64,000 bases of DNA from the human T2T-CHM13v2.0 reference genome, Homo sapiens. The stretch lies in NCBI RefSeq assembly GCF_009914755.1, contig NC_060946.1. One strand, written 5' to 3'. Below the pieces are notes generated by a model that saw only the letters and a list, made by a program, of their open reading frames with translations, was not told the DNA's origin and searched no databases. Of this stretch, positions 1-12,550 are shown in pieces; the stretch's first letter is position 1; each line of letters opens with the position of its first letter. A program made the translations under genes and the position numbers.

Positions 1-1904
1 TCACCTTAGTGATGTAACACTTTGGTAGGCTCGGTCTACAAGGGAATCTTGACATATCTCTGCACTGTTAACCGAGGTGATTTAACTCTTGTCTAGGCTG
101 TGCCCACAGGGGGATTGAGACATATCTCTGCACTGATCCCGAGGTGATACAACTCTTGCCAGGTCTCTGCCTACTGTGGACATTGTGACATATCTCTGCA
201 CTGATCTCCCAGGTGCTGTAACTTTAGTCTAGGCTCTGGCTACACGGCATTGTGACATATCACTGCACTGATCACCCAGGCGATATAACTCTTCTCTAGG
301 ATCTGACCACAGGGTGCTTTGTGACATATCCCTGCAATGATCACCCAGGTGATATACCACTTGCCAAGGCTCTGCCTACAGGGGCATTGCAATGTATCTC
401 TGCACTGATCACCTAGGTCTTGTAGCTATTTTCTAGGATCTGCCTACAGGGTGCTTTGTGACGTGTCCCAGCAAGGATTACCCAGGTGATGTACCTCTCA
501 TCAAGGCTCTGCCTACAGGCACATTGTGATGCAGCTCTGCACTGATCACCTAGGTCATGTAAATTTTGTCTAGGCTCTACCTACGATGGCATTGTGACAT
601 ATCTCTGCACTAATCATCCAAGTGATGTAACTCTTGTCTAGGATGTGCCTAAATTGACTTTTTGACATAACCCTGTACTGATCATCCAGGTGATGGAGCT
701 TTTGTCTAGGCTCTGCCTAAGGGGGCATTGTGACATATTTCTGCATTGATCCCCCAGGTGGCGAACTCTTCTCTCGGATCTGCCTATGGGGGCATTGCGA
801 GAAATCTCTGCACTGATCACCCAGGTGATGTAACTGTTGTGTAACCTCTGCCTACAGGGGAATTGTGAGAGATTTCGCCACTGATTACCCAAGTGATGTA
901 ACCGTTGTCTAGGCTTTGCGTACAGGGGGCTTTGTGACATACCTTTGCACTGATCACCCGGGTGATGTAACACATCTAAGTTCGGCCTAAAGGAGCTTTG
1001 TGACATATCTCTGCACTGATCGCTTAGGTGATGTAACACTTTTATAATCACTGCCTACAGGGAATTTTGACAAATCTCTGCACTGATCACCTAGGTGATG
1101 TAACTCTTGTCTACCCTCTGTCCAACGGGGCATTGTGAAATATCTCTGCACTGATCACCCAGGTGATTCAACTCTTGACTAGGAACTGCCTACAGAGGTT
1201 ATTGTGAAATATCTCTGCACTGATAAACTAGGTGGTGTAACCGTTGTCCAAGCTCTGCCTACAGGGGCGTTTCCACATATCCCTGAACGGATGACAGAGG
1301 TGATGTAACTCTTGCCTAGGCTTTGCCTACAGGGAACATTGGACATATATCTGCACTGATCACCCAGGTGATGCAACTCTTGCCTAGGCTTTGCCTACAG
1401 GGGACATTCTGACATATCTCTCCAATGATCACACATGTGATGCATCTCTTGCCTAGGCTTTGCCTACAGGGGACATTGTGACATATCTCTGCACTGATCT
1501 CCCAGGTGCTGTAACTTTAGTCTAGGCTCTGGCTACACGGCATTGTGACATATCACTGCACTGATCAACCAGGTGATATAACTCTTGTATAGGCTCTGCC
1601 TACAGGGGGATTGTGACCTACCTCTGCACTGATCACCCAGGTGATATAACTCTTCTCTAGGATCTTCCTACAGGGTATTTTGTGACATATCCCTGCACTG
1701 ATCACCCATGTGATCTATCTCTGGTCTAAGCTCTGCCTAAAGGGGCATTGTGACAGATCTCTGCACTGATCACTCAGGTGATGTTAGTATTTTCTAGGCT
1801 CTGCTTCAAGGGGCCTTGTCACATATCTCTGCACTGATCACCCAGGTGATGTAACTCTTGTCTAGGCTCTGCTTCCAGGGCATATTTTGACATATCTATG
1901 CACT

Positions 1905-3810
1905 GATCACCTTAGTGATGTAACACTTTGGTAGGCTCGGCCTACAGGGGAATCTTGACATATCTCTGCACTGTTAACCGAGGTGATTTAACTCTTGTCT
2001 AGGCTGTGCTCACAGGGGAATTGAGACATATCTCTGCACTGATCCCGAGGTGATACAACTCTTGCCTGGTCTCTGCCTATTGTGGACATTGTGACATAAC
2101 TCTGCACTGATCTCCCAGGTGCTGTAACTTTAGTCTAGGCTATGGCTACACGGCATTGTGACATATCACTGCCCTGATCACCCAGGCGATATAACTCTTC
2201 TCTAGGATCTGACCACAGTGTGCTTTGTGACATATCCCTGCAATGATCACCCAGGTGATATACCACTTGCCAAGGCTCTGCCTACAGGGGCATTGCAATG
2301 TATCTCTGCATTTATCACCTAGGTCTTGTAGCTATTTTCTAAGATCTGCCTACAGGGTGCTTTGTGACGTGTCCCAGCAAGGATTACCCAGGTGATGTAC
2401 CTCTCATCAAGGCTCTGCCTACAGGCACATTGTGATGTATCTCTGCACTAATCACCTAGGTCATGTAAATTTTGTCTAGGCTCTACCTACGATGGCATTG
2501 TGCCATATCTCTGCACTAATCATCTAAGTGATGTAACCCTTATCTAGGATGTGCCCAAATTAACTTTTTGACATAACCCTGTACTGATCATCCAGGTGAT
2601 GGAGCTTTTGTCTAGGCTCTGCCTAAGGGGGCATAGTGACATATTTCTGCATTGATCATCCAGGTGGCGAACTCTTCTCTCGGATCTGCCTATGGGGGCA
2701 TTGTGAGAAATCTCTGCACTGATCACCCAGGTGATGTAACTGTTGTGTAACCTCTGCCCACAGGGGAATTGTGAGAGATCTCGTCACTGATTACCCAAGT
2801 GATGTAACCTTTGTCTAGGCTTTGCATACAGGGGGCTTTGTGACATACCTTTGCTCTGATCACTCAGGTGATGTAACACATCCAAGTTCGGCCTAAAGGA
2901 GCTTTGTGACATATCTCTGCACTGATCACTTAGGTGATGTAACACTTTTATAATCACTGCCTACAGGGAATTTTGACAAATCTCTGCACTGATCACCTAG
3001 GTGATGTAACTCTTGTCTACCCTCTGTCCAACGGGGCATTGTGAAATATCTCTGCACTGATCACCCAGGTGATTCAACTCTTGACTAGGAACTGCCTACA
3101 GAGGTTATTGTGAAATATCTCTGCACTGATAAACTAGGTGGTGTAACCCTTGTCCAAGCTCTGCCTACAGGGGCGTTTCCACATATCCCTGAACTGATGA
3201 CAGAGGTGATGTAACTCTTGCCTAGGCTTTGCCTACAGGGAACATTGGACATATATCTGCACTGATCACCCAGGTGATGCAACTCTTGCCTAGGCTTGGC
3301 CTACAGGGGACATTGTGACATATCTCTTCAATGATAACTCATGTGATGCATCTCTTGCCTAGGCATTGCCTACAGGAGACATTGTGACATATCTCTGCAC
3401 TGATCCCCCAGGTGCTGTAACTTTAGTCTAGGCTCTGGCTACACGGCATTGTGACATATCACTGCACTGATCAACCAGGTGATATAACTCTTGTATAGGC
3501 TCTGCCTACAGGGGGATTGTGACCTATCTCTGCACTGATCACCCAGGTGATATAACTCTTCTCTAGGATCTTCCTACAGGGTACTTTGTGACATATCCCT
3601 GCACTGATCACCCAGGTGATCTATCTCTGGTCTAAGCTCTGCCTAAAGGGGCATTGTGACAGATCTCTGCACTGATCACTCAGGTGATGTAAGTATTGTC
3701 TAGGCTCTGCTTCAAGGGGCCTTGTCACATATCTCTGCACTGATCACCCAGGTGATGTAACTCTTGTCTAGGCTCTGCTTCCAGGGCATATTGTGACATA
3801 TCTATGCACT
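1905..3810 (-). repeat. Reference copy of the canonical 28-monomer HOR (1906 bp, m1-m28)
   Basis: gatcaccttagtgatg starts at 1905 and recurs at 3811; I counted 28 monomers between them. The m10 marker lies at 638, 2544 and 4450 (1906 spacing). Confidence 0.93.
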
Positions 3811-4449
3811 GATCACCTTAGTGATGTAACACTTTGGTAGGCTCGGCCTACAGGGGATTCTTGACATATCTCTGCACTGTTAACCGAGGTGATTTAACTC
3901 TTGTCTAGGCTGTGCCCACAGGGGGATTGAGACATATCTCTGCACTGATCCCGAGGTGATACAACTCTTGCCTGGTCTCTGCCTACTGTGGACTTTGGGA
4001 CATATCTCTGCACTGATCTCCCAGGTGCTGTAACTTTAGTCTAGGCTCTGGCTACACGGCATTGTGACATATCACTGCACTGATCACCCAGGCGATATAA
4101 CTCTTCTCTAGGATCTGACCACAGGGTGCTTTGTGACATATCCCTGCAATGATCACCCAGGTGATATACCACTTGCCAAGGCTCTGCCTACAGGGGCATT
4201 GCAATGTATCTCTGCACTGATCACCTAGGTCTTGTAGCTATTTTCTAGGATCTGCCTACAGGGTGCTTTGTGACGTGTCCCAGCAAGGATTACCCAGGTG
4301 ATGTACCTCTCATCAAGGCTCTGCCAACAGGCACATTGTGATGTATCTCTGCACTGATCACCTAGGTCATGTAAATTTTGTCTAGGCTCTACCTACGATG
4401 GCATTGTGACATATCTCTGCACTAATCATCCAAGTGATGTAACTCTTGT

Positions 4450-7400
4450 CTAGGATGTGCCTAAATTAACATTTGACATAACCCTGTACTGATCATCCAG
4501 GTGATGGAGCTTTTGTCTAGGCTCTGCCTAAGGGGGCATTGTGACATATTTCTGCATTGATCACCCAGGTGGCGAACTCTTCTCTCGGATCTGCCTATGG
4601 GGGCATTGTGAGAAATCTCTGCACCGATCACCCAGGTGATGTAACTGTTGTGTAAACTCTGCCTACAGGGGAATTGTGAGAGATCTCGCCACTGATTACC
4701 CAAGTGATGTAACAGTTGTCTAGGCTTTGCGTACAGGGGGCTTTGTGACATACCTTTGCACTGATCACCCAGGTGATGTAACACATCTAAGTTCGGCCTA
4801 AAGGAGCTTTGTGACATATCTCTGAACTGATCGCTTAGGTGATGTAACACTTTTATAATCACTGCCTACAGGGAATTTTGACAAATCTCTGCACTAATCA
4901 CCTAGGTGATGTAACTCTTGTCTACCCTCTGTCCAACGGGGCATTGTGAAATATCTCTGCACTGATCACCCAGGTGATTCTACTCTTGACTAGGAACTGC
5001 CTACAGAGGTTATTGTGAAATATCTCTGCACTGATAAACTAGGTGGTGTAACCCTTGTCCAAGCTCTGACTACAGGGGCGTTTCCACATATCCCTGAACT
5101 GATGACAGAGGTGATGTAACTCTTGCCTAGGCTTTGCCTACAGGGAACATTGGACATATATCTGCACTGATCACCCAGGTGATGCAACTCTTGCCTAGGC
5201 TTTGCCTACAGGGGACATTGTGACATATCTCTTCAATGATCACTCATGTGATGCATCTCTTGCCTAGGCTTTGCCTATAGGGGACATTGTGACATATCTC
5301 TGCACTGGTCTCCCAGGTGCTGTAACTTTAGTCTAGGCTCTGGCTACACGGCATTGTGACATATCACTGCACTGATCAACCAGGTGATATAACTCTTGTA
5401 TAGGCTCTGCCTACAGGGGGATTGTGACCTACCTCTGCACTGATCACCCAGGTGATATAACTCTTCTCTAGGATCTTCCTACAGGGTACTTTGTGACATA
5501 TCCCTGCACTGATCACCCAGGTGATCTATCTCTGGTCTAAGCTCTGCCTAAAGGGGCATTGTGACAGATCTCTGCACTGATCACTCAAGTGATGTAAGTA
5601 TTGTCCAGGCTCTGCTTCAAGGGGCCTTGTCACATATCTCTGCACTGATCACCCAGGTGATGTAACTCTTGTCTAGGCTCTGCTTCCAGGGCATATTGTG
5701 ACATATCTATGCACTGATCACCTTAGTGATGTAACACTTTGGTAGGCTCGGCCTACAGGGGAATCTTGACATATCTCTGCACTGTTAACCGAGGTGATTT
5801 AACTCTTGTCAAGGCTGTGCCCACAGGGGTATTGAGACATATCTCTGCACTGATCCCGAGGTGATACAACTCTTGCCTGGTCTCTGCCTACTGTGGACAT
5901 TGTGACATATCTCTGCACTGATCTCCCAGGTGCTGTAACTTTAGTCTAGGCTCTGGCTACACGGCATTGTGACATATCACTGCTCTGATCAACCAGTTGA
6001 TATAACTCATGTATAGGCTCTGCCTACAGGGGGTTTGTGACCTACCGTTGCACTGTTCACCCAGTTGATAAAACTCTTCTCTAGGATCTGCCTACAGGGT
6101 GCTTTGTGACATATCCCTGCACTGATCACCCAGGTGATCTAACTCTGGTCTAAGCGCTGCCTAAAGGGGCATTGTGAAAAATCTCTGCACTGATAACTCA
6201 GGTGATGTAACTATTGTCCAGGCTCTGCTTCCAGGGCATATTGTGACATATCTATGCACTGATCACCTTAGTGATGTAACACTTGTGTAGGCTCGGCCTA
6301 CAGCGGAATTTTGACATATCTCAGCACTGTTAAACGAGGTGATTTAACTCTTGTCTAGGCTGTGCCCACAGGGGGATTGAGACAAATCTCTGCACTAATA
6401 CCGAGGTGATCCAACTCTTGCTTCGTCTCTGTCTACTGGGGACATAGTGACATATCTCTGCACTGATCTCCCAGGTGCTGTAAATTTAGTCTAGGCTCTG
6501 GCTACACGGCATTGTGACATATCACTGCACTGATCACCCAGGCGATACAGCACTTTTCTGGGATCTGCCTACAATGGTCTTGTGACATATCACAGCACTG
6601 ATCACCCAGGCGATATAACTCTTCTCTAGGATCTGACCACAGGGTGCTTTGTGACATATCCCTGCAATGATCACCCAGGTGATATACCACTTGCCAAGGC
6701 TCTGCCTACAGGGGCATTGCAATGTATCTCTGCACTGATCACCTAGGTCTTGTAGCTATTTTCTAGGATCTGCCTACAGGGTGCTTTGTGAAGTGTCCCA
6801 GCAAGGATTACCCAGGAGATGTACCTCTCATCAAGGCTCTGCCTACAGGCACATTGTGATGTATCTCCGCACTGATCACCTAGGTCATGTAACTTTTTTC
6901 TAGGCTCTACCTACGATGGCATTGTGACATATCTCTGCACTAATCATCCAAGTGATGTAACTCTTGTCTAGGATGTGCCTAAATTAACTTTTTGACATAA
7001 CCCTGTACTGATCATCCAGGTGATGGAGCTTTTGTCTAGGCACTGGCTAAGGGGGCATTGTGACATACTTCTGCATTGATCACCCAGGTGGCGAACTCTT
7101 CTCTCAGATCTGCCTATGGGGGCATTGTGATAAATCTCTGCACTGATCACCCAGGTGATGTAACTGTTGTGTAACCTCTGCCTGCAGGGGAATTGTGAGA
7201 GATCTCGTCACTGATTACACAAGTGATGTAACCGTTGTCTAGGCTTTGCGTACAGGGGGCTTTGTGACATACCTTTGCACTGATCACCCAGGTGATGTAA
7301 CACATCTAAGTTCGGCCTAAAGGAGCTTTGTGACATATCTCTGCACTGATCGCTTAGGTGATGTAACACTTTTATAATCACTGCCTACAGGGAATTTTGA

Positions 7401-9486
7401 CAAATCTCTGCACTGATCACCTAGGTGATGTAACTCTTGTCTACCCTCTGTCCAACGGGGCATTGTGAAATATCTCTGCACTGATCACCCAGGTGATTCT
7501 ACTCTTGACTAGGAACTGCCTACAGAGGTTATTGTGAAATATCTCTGCACTGATAAACTAGGTGGTGTAACCCTTGTCCAAGCTCTGACTACAGGGGCGT
7601 TTCCACATATCCCTGAACTGATGACAGAGGTGATGTAACTCTTGCCTAGGCTTTGCCTACAGGGAACATTGGACATATATCTGCACTGATCACCCAGGTG
7701 ATGCAACTCTTGCCTAGGCTTTGCCTACAGGGGACATTGTGACATATCTCTTCAATGATCACTCATGTGATGCATCTCTTGCCTAGGCTTTGCCTATAGG
7801 GGACATTGTGACATATCTCTGCACTGGTCTACCAGGTGCTGTAACTTTAGTCTAGGCTCTGGCTACCCGGCATTGTGACATATCACTGCACTGATCAACC
7901 AGTTGATATAACTCTTGTATAGGCTCTGCCTACAGGGGGATTGTGACCTACCTCTGCACTGATCACCCAGGTGATATAACTCTTCTCTAGGATCTTCCTA
8001 CAGGGTACTTTGTGACATATCCCTGCACTGATCACCCAGGTGATCTATCTCTGGTCTAAGCTCTGCCTAAAGGGGCATTGTGACAGATCTCTGCACTGAT
8101 CACTCAAGTGATGTAAGTATTGTCCAGGCTCTGCTTCAAGGGGCCTTGTCACATATCTCTGCACTGATCACCCAGGTGATGTAACTCTTGTCTAGGCTCT
8201 GCTTCCAGGGCATATTGTGACATATCTATGCACTGATCACCTTAGTGATGTAACACTTTGGTAGGCTCGGCCTACAGGGGAATCTTGACATATCTCTGCA
8301 CTGTTAACCGAGGTGATTTAACTCTTGTCAAGGCTGTGCCCACAGGGGGATTGAGACATATCTCTGCACTGATCCCGAGGTGATACAACTCTTGCCTGGT
8401 CTCTGCCTACTGTGGACATTGTGACATATCTCTGCACTGATCTCCCAGGTGCTGTAACTTTAGTCTAGGCTCTGGCTACACGGCATTGTGACATATCACT
8501 GCTCTGATCAACCAGTTGATATAACTCATGTATAGGCTCTGCCTACAGGGGGTTTGTGACCTACCGTTGCACTGTTCACCCAGTTGATAAAACTCTTCTC
8601 TAGGATCTGCCTACAGGGTGCTTTGGGACATATCCCTGCACTGATCACCCAGGTGATCTAACTCTGGTCTAAGCGCTGCCTAAAGGGGCATTGTGAAAAA
8701 TCTCTGCACTGATAACTCAGGTGATGTAACTATTGTCCAGGCTCTGCTTCCAGGGCATATTGTGACATATCTATGCACTGATCACCTTAGTGATGTAACA
8801 CTTGTGTAGGCTCGGCCTACAGCGGAATTTTGACATATCTCAGCACTGTTAAACGAGGTGATTTAACTCTTGTCTAGGCTGTGCCCACAGGGGGATTGAG
8901 ACAAATCTCTGCACTAATACCGAGGTGATCCAACTCTTGCTTCGTCTCTGTCTACTGGGGACATAGTGACATATCTCTGCACTGATCTCCCAGGTGCTGT
9001 AAATTTAGTCTAGGCTCTGGCTACACGGCATTGTGACATATCACTGCACTGATCACCCAGGCGATACAGCACTTTTCTGGGATCTGCCTACAATGGTCTT
9101 GTGACATATCACAGCACTGATCACCCAGGCGATATAACTCTTCTCTAGGATCTGACCACAGGGTGCTTTGTGACATATCCCTGCAATGATCACCCAGGTG
9201 ATATACCACTTGCCAAGGCTCTGCCTACAGGGGCATTGCAATGTATCTCTGCACTGATCACCTAGGTCTTGTAGCTATTTTCTAGGATCTGCCTACAGGG
9301 TGCTTTGTGAAGTGTCCCAGCAAGGATTACCCAGGAGATGTACCTCTCATCAAGGCTCTGCCTACAGGCACATTGTGATGTATCTCCGCACTGATCACCT
9401 AGGTCATGTAACTTTTTTCTAGGCTCTACCTACGATGGCATTGTGACATATCTCTGCACTAATCATCCAAGTGATGTAACTCTTGT
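4450..9486 (-). repeat. Two 37-monomer HOR variants (2518 and 2519 bp), each with a 613-bp, 9-monomer extra block
   Basis: Marker spacing 4450->6968->9487. Extra blocks at 5987-6599 and 8506-9118 lie between m4 and m5. Confidence 0.92.
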
Positions 9487-12400
9487 CTAGGATGTGCCTA
9501 AATTAACTTTTTGACATAACCCTGTACTGATCATCCAGGTGATGGAGCTTTTGTCTAGGCACTGGCTAAGGGGGCATTGTGACATACTTCTGCATTGATC
9601 ACCCAGGTGGCGAACTCTTCTCTCAGATCTGCCTATGGGGGCATTGTGATAAATCTCTGCACTGATCACCCAGGTGATGTAACTGTTGTGTAACCTCTGC
9701 CTGCAGGGGAATTGTGAGAGATCTCGTCACTGATTACACAAGTGATGTAACCGTTGTCTAGGCTTTGCGTACAGGGGGCTTTGTGACATACCTTTGCACT
9801 GATCACCCAGGTGATGTAACACATCTAAGTTCGGCCTAAAGGAGCTTTGTGACATATCTCTGCACTGATCGCTTAGGTGATGTAACACTTTTATAATCAC
9901 TGCCTACAGGGAATTTTGACAAATCTCTGCACTGATCACCTAGGTGATGTAACTCTTGTCTACCCTCTGTCCAACGGGGCATTGTGAAATATCTCTGCAC
10001 TGATCACCCAGGTGATTCTACTCTTGACTAGGAACTGCCTACAGAGGTTATTGTGAAATATCTCTGCACTGATAAACTAGGTGGTGTAACCCTTGTCCAA
10101 GCTCTGACTACAGGGGCGTTTCCACATATCCCTGAACTGATGACAGAGGTGATGTAACTCTTGCCTAGGCTTTGCCTACAGGGAACATTGGACATATATC
10201 TGCACTGATCACCCAGGTGATGCAACTCTTGCCTAGGCTTTGCCTACAGGGGACATTGTGACATATCTCTTCAATGATCACTCATGTGATGCATCTCTTG
10301 CCTAGGCTTTGCCTATAGGGGACATTGTGACATATCTCTGCACTGGTCTACCAGGTGCTGTAACTTTAGTCTAGGCTCTGGCTACCCGGCATTGTGACAT
10401 ATCACTGCACTGATCAACCAGGTGATATAACTCTTGTATAGGCTCTGCCTACAGGGGGATTGTGACCTACCTCTGCACTGATCACCCAGGTGATATAACT
10501 CTTCTCTAGGATCTTCCTACAGGGTACTTTGTGACATATCCCTGCACTGATCACCCAGGTGATCTATCTCTGGTCTAAGCTCTGCCTAAAGGGGCATTGT
10601 GACAGATCTCTGCACTGATCACTCAAGTGATGTAAGTATTTTCCAGGCTCTGCTTCAAGGGGCCTTGTCACATATCTCTGCTCTGATCACCCAGGTGATG
10701 TAACTCTTGTCTAGGCTCTGCTTCCAGGGCATATTGTGACATATCTATGCACTGATCTCCTTAGTGATGTAACACTTTGGTAGGCTCGGCCTACAGGGGA
10801 ATCTTGACATATCTGTGCACTGTTAACCGAGGTGATTTAACTCTTGTCAAGGCTGTGCCCACAGGGGGATTGAGACATATCTCTGCACTGATCCCGAGGT
10901 GATACAACTCTTGCCTGGTCTCTGCCTACTGTGGACATTGTGACATATCTCTGCACTGATCTCCCAGGTGCTGTAACTTTAGTCTAGGCTCTGGCTACAC
11001 GGCATTGTGACACATCACTGCTCTGATCAACCAGTTGATATAACTCATGTATAGGCTCTGCCTACAGGGGGTTTGTGACCTACCGTTGCACTGTTCACCC
11101 AGTTGATAAAACTCTTCTCTAGGATCTGCCTACAGGGTGCTTTGTGACATATCCCTGCACTGATCACCCAGGTGATCTAACTCTGGTCTAAGCTCTGCCT
11201 AAAGGGGCATTGTGAAAAATCTCTGCACTGATAACTCAGGTGATGTAACTATTGTCCAGGCTCTGCTTCCAGGGCATATTGTGACATATCTATGCACTGA
11301 TCACCTTAGTGATGTAACACTTGTGTAGGCTCGGCCTACAGCGGAATTTTGACATATCTCAGCACTGTTAAACGAGGTGATTTAACTCTTGTCTAGGCTG
11401 TGCCCACAGGGGGATTGAGACAAATCTCTGCACTGATCCCGAGGTGATCCAACTCTTGCTTCGTCTCTGTCTACTGGGGACATAGTGACATATCTCTGCA
11501 CTGATCTCCCAGGTGCTGTAAATTTAGTCTAGGCTCTGGCTACAAGGCATTGTGACATATCACTGCACTGATCACCCAGGCGATACAGCACTTTTCTGGG
11601 ATCTGCCTACAATGGTCTTGTGACATATCACAGCACTGATCACCCAGGCGATATAACTCTTCTCTAGGATCTGACCACAGGGTGCTTTGTGACATATCCC
11701 TGCATTGATCACCCAGGTGATCTATCTCTGGTCTAAGCTCTGCCTAAAGGGGCATTGTGACAGATCTCTGCACTGATCACTCAGGTGATGTAAGTATTGT
11801 CTAGGCTCTGCTTCAAGGGGCCTTGTCACATATCTCTGCACTGATCACCCAGGTGATGTAACTCTTGTCTAGGCTCTGCTTCCAGGGCATATTGTGACAT
11901 ATCTATGCACTGATCACCTTAGTGATGTAACACTTTGGTAGGCTCGGCCTACAGGGGAATCTTGACATATCTCTGCACTGTTAACCGAGGTGATTTAACT
12001 CTTGTCTAGGCTGTGCCCACAGGGGGATTGAGACATATCTCTGCACTGATCCCGAGGTGATACAACTCTTGCCTGGTCTCTGCCTACTGTGGACATTGTG
12101 ACATATCTCTGCACTGATCTCCCAGGTGCTGTAACTTTAATCTAGGCTCTGGCTACACGGCATTGTGACATATCACTGCACTGATCACCCAGGCGATATA
12201 ACTCTTCTCTAGGATCTGACCACAGGGTGCTTTGTGACACATCCCTGCAATGATCACCCAGGTGATATACCACTTGCCAAGGCTCTGCCTACAGGGGCAT
12301 TGCAATGTATCTCTGCACTGATCACCTAGGTCTTGTAGCTATTTTCTAGGATCTGCCTACAGGGTACTTTGTGACGTGTCCCAGCAAGGATTACCCAGGT

Positions 12401-12550
12401 GATGTACCTCTCATCAAGGCTCTGCCTACAGGCACATTGTGATGTATCTCTGCACTGATCACCTAGGTCATGTAAATTTTGTCTAGTCTCTACCTACGAT
12501 GGCATTGTGACATATCTCTGCACTAATCATCCAAGTGATGTAACTCTTGT
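9487..12550 (-). repeat. 45-monomer interval (3064 bp): third 37-mer-type unit, truncated at m5 and joined to m26
   Basis: Third extra block at 11025-11637, then m5 (11638-11706) followed directly by m26 (gatcacccaggtgatctatctctgg) at 11707. 1906+613+545=3064. Confidence 0.88.

Noticed and set aside
385-394. 10-bp palindrome cattgcaatg in m6
   Set aside because: It derives from the consensus cattgtgaca by a few substitutions, is too short to be informative, and has no evidence of function.
1038-1052. TATAAT / TATA-like motif (acttttataatcact) once per HOR as a promoter
   Set aside because: It is a short AT-rich variant of monomer m16 with no downstream gene or other support; chance occurrence amplified with the HOR.
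5987-6599. The 613-bp block as a mobile element, or as the reciprocal product of the 613-bp deletion at ~25900
   Set aside because: It is made entirely of beta-satellite monomers, with no terminal repeats, poly(A) tail or target-site duplication. Its monomer content and divergence differ from the deleted m24-m4 segment.
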